The notes under the pieces: model-generated
The model's database searches: none
The model's input: the letters and a program-made list of their open reading frames with translations, nothing else
What the model was told of the DNA's origin: nothing
Program-made: the position numbers and the translations under genes
Shown here: positions 62,970 to 64,000 of the stretch, one piece after another
Layout of the letters: every line of letters begins with the position of its first letter
Numbering within the stretch: the first letter of the stretch is position 1
Source of the DNA: an uncultured Chloroflexia bacterium
GTDB taxonomy: Bacteria; Chloroflexota; Anaerolineae; JAAYZQ01
Direction: 5' to 3'
NCBI GenBank assembly: GCA_963700285.1
Contig: CAVOXA010000001.1
Coordinates: 864,001 to 928,000, forward strand
Length of the DNA stretch: 64,000 nt

Positions 62970-63695
62970 ATGATCGGTAGACTCTTCAGGTTGGGCCTGC
63001 TGGTCCTGTTGGCTCCGCTTCTGTACTCCTTCCTACGCCAGGCATACTTGTTCGTACGCGCGGAGATCACCTTTGAGCGCATCGTCTGGTTCCTGGTTGG
63101 CATGGCTTGTTATCTTCTGGTCTACGCGCTCTTTTTCCACGGCAACCAAGAATATGAGTTTCTCGAGACTTTTTCCCACGAGCTCGCGCATGCCATCGTC
63201 TCCATAGCTCTATTCCAGATGCCCCAGAGCTTCACTGTGGATCCCAAGAGCAGGAAAGCAGTCGTAGTGACGCACAGCGGCAGTCCCTTCATGTTCCTGG
63301 CACCCTATTACCTACCCCTCTTCACGATCCCATTTCTGTTGCTCAAGCCCATTGTGCTCCCACAATTTCACGGCCTCGTCGATTTCTGCATAGGCTTCAC
63401 CCTTTGCTTCCACTATGTTGTCTTTCTGAAGGACTTTCGTCTACGGCAAAGCGACATCACGAAAACTGGCATTGTTTTTTCTTTCGTGGTTACCCTTTTC
63501 CTCAACATCCTGTTTCTTGTGGTCATCCTCTGTGTGGTTATCAATTGCTACTCCTGCATACTGGATTATTTTAGGGCATCTTTCGTTGGGGCGGTCGATG
63601 CCTACAAAGCTGCGTTGCAGTGGCTGAGTACCGAATTGCTGCCAAAGCTGAAGGATCTGATCGGCCAACTAGTCCAACGTATTCGAGGCGGCTGA
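62970..63695 (+). CDS. M50-like membrane metallopeptidase
   Basis: TFSHELAHA, LAPY, SD motif; about 6 TM helices. Confidence 0.7.
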   Translation: MIGRLFRLGLLVLLAPLLYSFLRQAYLFVRAEITFERIVWFLVGMACYLLVYALFFHGNQEYEFLETFSHELAHAIVSIALFQMPQSFTVDPKSRKAVVVTHSGSPFMFLAPYYLPLFTIPFLLLKPIVLPQFHGLVDFCIGFTLCFHYVVFLKDFRLRQSDITKTGIVFSFVVTLFLNILFLVVILCVVINCYSCILDYFRASFVGAVDAYKAALQWLSTELLPKLKDLIGQLVQRIRGG

Positions 63696-63917
63696 GTACT
63701 GATAGAAATACTGTAACTGCTGGGGTAAGCCCAGATCATCCTGCCTGACGTTCGCAGTTGAGTTGACTGCCTATCTCTCTCGTGCTACACTTTGTCCTGC
63801 ATGGAGGTATCGACAGGAGTTTGATTGGGTGATTCGCAGGTTGCGTAGCGCTGGCGCTGTTGGAGGCCCAGCACGGAGCCCGAGTTTGCTCGCAAGGCGC
63901 AGAGGAGATGCTACAAC

Positions 63918-64000
63918 ATGCCACAACTAGACCGAGCCAGGATCCTTCCCGAGCCGGAACTACCTCCGGTAGCCGAACTACTGTCTGAAGGGCGGCGGCT
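63918..64000 (+). CDS. start of a gene truncated by the window edge
   Basis: GAGGAG SD; MPQLDRARILPEPELPPVAELLSEGRR; promoter TTGACT-17-TACACT upstream. Confidence 0.55.
   Translation, partial: MPQLDRARILPEPELPPVAELLSEGRR

Overview
GC-rich bacterial chromosomal window, most consistent with a Chloroflexota (Anaerolineae-like) genome. This is inferred from the gene repertoire (V4R, DUF3048, LuxR-Kelch, large Wzy_C-TPR membrane protein, Pro/Thr-rich secreted proteins), not from a marker gene. Left to right: (1) a small bacterial-microcompartment module (PduS-like Fe-S flavoprotein, PduT-like BMC-T, two BMC-P, class II aldolase with a C-terminal encapsulation-peptide-like helix) running into rmlA, a 30-aa bS22-like ribosomal protein gene and rmlB; (2) mixed housekeeping genes (LuxR-TM-Kelch sensor, prepilin peptidase, HD protein, GH31, WecA/MraY, recN, PAP2, SCP2, STAS/RsbW pair, O-antigen-ligase-like protein); (3) a candidate anti-Shine-Dalgarno sRNA, tRNA-Sec (selC) and an adjacent nested MITE with a target-site duplication; (4) a ~21 kb surface-glycan locus (28.8-50.3 kb) with two ATP-grasp ligases and a ~1500-aa O-antigen-ligase-like/TPR/cyclophilin fusion; (5) tnaA, rsgA, polX, pspC, an aldo-keto reductase, an RlmI-like methyltransferase, a WYL regulator/GyrI-like pair sharing a palindromic operator, and a probable 6S RNA. 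Many genes at 0.2-4.2 kb and 42.7-52.4 kb carry single-base frameshifts that look like long-read errors, so coordinates there are reconstructions. All protein calls come from motif recognition by eye; no searches were run.
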